Below, one piece after another: positions 62,501 through 64,000 of a stretch of 64,000 bases of DNA (its first letter is position 1; each line of letters begins with the position of its first letter). The notes under the pieces are model-generated. The model was not told the DNA's origin and made no database searches. It saw nothing but the letters and a program-made list of their open reading frames with translations. The stretch spans positions 3,596,001 through 3,660,000 of the forward strand of contig OZ365118.1 of assembly GCA_977030845.1 (NCBI GenBank), in the 5' to 3' direction. The DNA is from Fimbriosthenelais zetlandica (Eukaryota). The position numbers and the translations under genes were made by a program.

Positions 62501-63380
62501 GATGTAGGGACCCAGTCCCCCAGCCCGGCTCACAGAGGGATTCCACCGGTCACAACTATCATCCATATTTGATAACCCATTTCTGACGGCCAACCTAGCC
62601 CTTCTCTTACTCTCTGATGAATTGGTCATGATGAATTGGTCATTATGACACAGCCTTCATACATGTTCCCACACAACTGCAATTGTTCTAAATGGGGGGA
62701 TATCGTAGAGCCCTGATAAAAGGCCCTACCGTATTCCCTCCAACCAACGACAAAAACAAATAGATCATCCACTGTCCAACACTCTATTTACTTATACGGT
62801 AATAGATTACCTGACTACAATGAAATTAAGTTCCCGTACCCATCTAAATTCAATTGCAAAGAGTGAATGGAGTTTGACAGAATGCTGGTCTAGTTGTATG
62901 AATAGGCTCGTACTAAATAAGCGATAATGGCTTGGACGTAGGTTGACTTATGGGATCATAGTATGTGTGCCCAAGGGTTACAGTGATACGGCTATACAAG
63001 TGGAGCAGGCAGGAGCAGTTTTATGATAATGTAATTTCATATTGTCCCACTAAAGTACCTCTCCCAGCTGCTAACTCTGTAGTTGAGAGTTAACATAATG
63101 ATAATCATTTTCGCTGGGGTTTTTATAACATCTCTGACCATGGCAGTCTCTGTAATTTGACTAACCCTACAACTTCCTGCAGGAGCAATGGACCAGCAGC
63201 CATTAGACAAGAGGAGAATTATACCTAGAGCATCTGTCCTGCTTTCTCTACAGGGAAACAGGGAGTTCTTTGTTTGCATGCGAGGACACAAGCCAATAGA
63301 TCCAAGTCCTGTGACAGGCTGCAATAGGGGAGAATAGGGGGAGAGAATGAGGGAGAGGACATGAAGGTCTCCCCACTATA

Positions 63381-63446
63381 CGGGCCTGGATTCGAACAGG
63401 AAACCTTGGCATTATTAGAGGAACTAACAGACTTAACTAAATCCCC
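63381..63446 (-). pseudogene. tRNA-Ile(AAT)-derived pseudogene or SINE head
   Basis: Minus strand TTAGTTAAGTCTGTTAG..TAATAATGCCAAGGT..GTTCGAATCC aligns to the metazoan tRNA-Ile(AAT) D-arm (TTAGCTCAGTTGGTTAG), anticodon region (TAATAACGCCAAGGT) and T-loop. The 5' side of the anticodon stem is deleted and the acceptor stem does not pair, so it is not functional. Confidence 0.6.
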
Positions 63447-64000
63447 ATACTCAGCACTAAAAGGATATCTTCCCTCATATCTCCCCCGCCCCCTCAGGCA
63501 AATATTCATCTAGTGTGTCATAAACAAAGGGAAAATCACTTAAATCTTGTAGGCTTGACCCAAATCTTTGATTTACAACAGAGATGCGCGTGTGGCAAAT
63601 TGTAACCACCGACAGGAAGTGATATAATTCGATATGAAAAAGAAATCAGAACTTTATATTTTATCTCTGAATTATGAAATATGAATACAAGGTAATGTAA
63701 GTGGGGCCTATATGTTGAGTGAGTACATGTCAAGGTAAATAAGGGTAAATAAGTAGAACGTTGCTGGTGCGGTAGTTAAGATATGCTGGCACATCGTCAG
63801 GATCGATCTAGCTATTTATTCATAGATACAGTGATATTAACAACCATCTATATCAACCTATCAACTTACATCAATCATGAATGAAGGAGCAGAGTGGCTC
63901 AATATTGCTTTGATCCATCATTGACACACAACCTGAGCCTCCTCACTACCTCCTATCACATATATGAAGTAATAAGTGCATAATGAAACTACCTAGCACT

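Overview
This is eukaryotic (animal) genomic DNA, mostly non-coding. The SINE type and protocadherin features suggest an invertebrate, probably lophotrochozoan, but the species cannot be fixed from sequence. The only well-supported protein-coding gene is one non-clustered delta1-type protocadherin on the + strand, built from three frame-consistent exons: 30799-33699, 49709-49871 and 53145-53860. Exon 1 encodes the signal peptide, 7 cadherin repeats, the TM helix and the juxtamembrane tail; exon 2 carries a DSGRG (CM1-like) motif; exon 3 encodes a His/Pro-rich tail ending in DSVV*. The spliced ORF is 3780 nt, 1259 aa from the first ATG. Introns are 16,009 and 3,273 bp, and the 3' UTR runs about 2 kb to AATAAA at 55786/55841. 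The rest is a gene-poor flank with promoter/enhancer-like motif clusters, a tRNA-SINE, a tRNA-Ile-derived relic, decayed transposon fragments, minisatellites and G/C homopolymers. The most interesting leads are a 41-nt antisense exon with strong splice sites just upstream of the Pcdh promoter, a possible tiny upstream coding exon, and motif content of the cytoplasmic tail. No clustered variable exons, CRISPR arrays or intact transposons were found. All family assignments for decayed elements rest on motif recall, not database searches.
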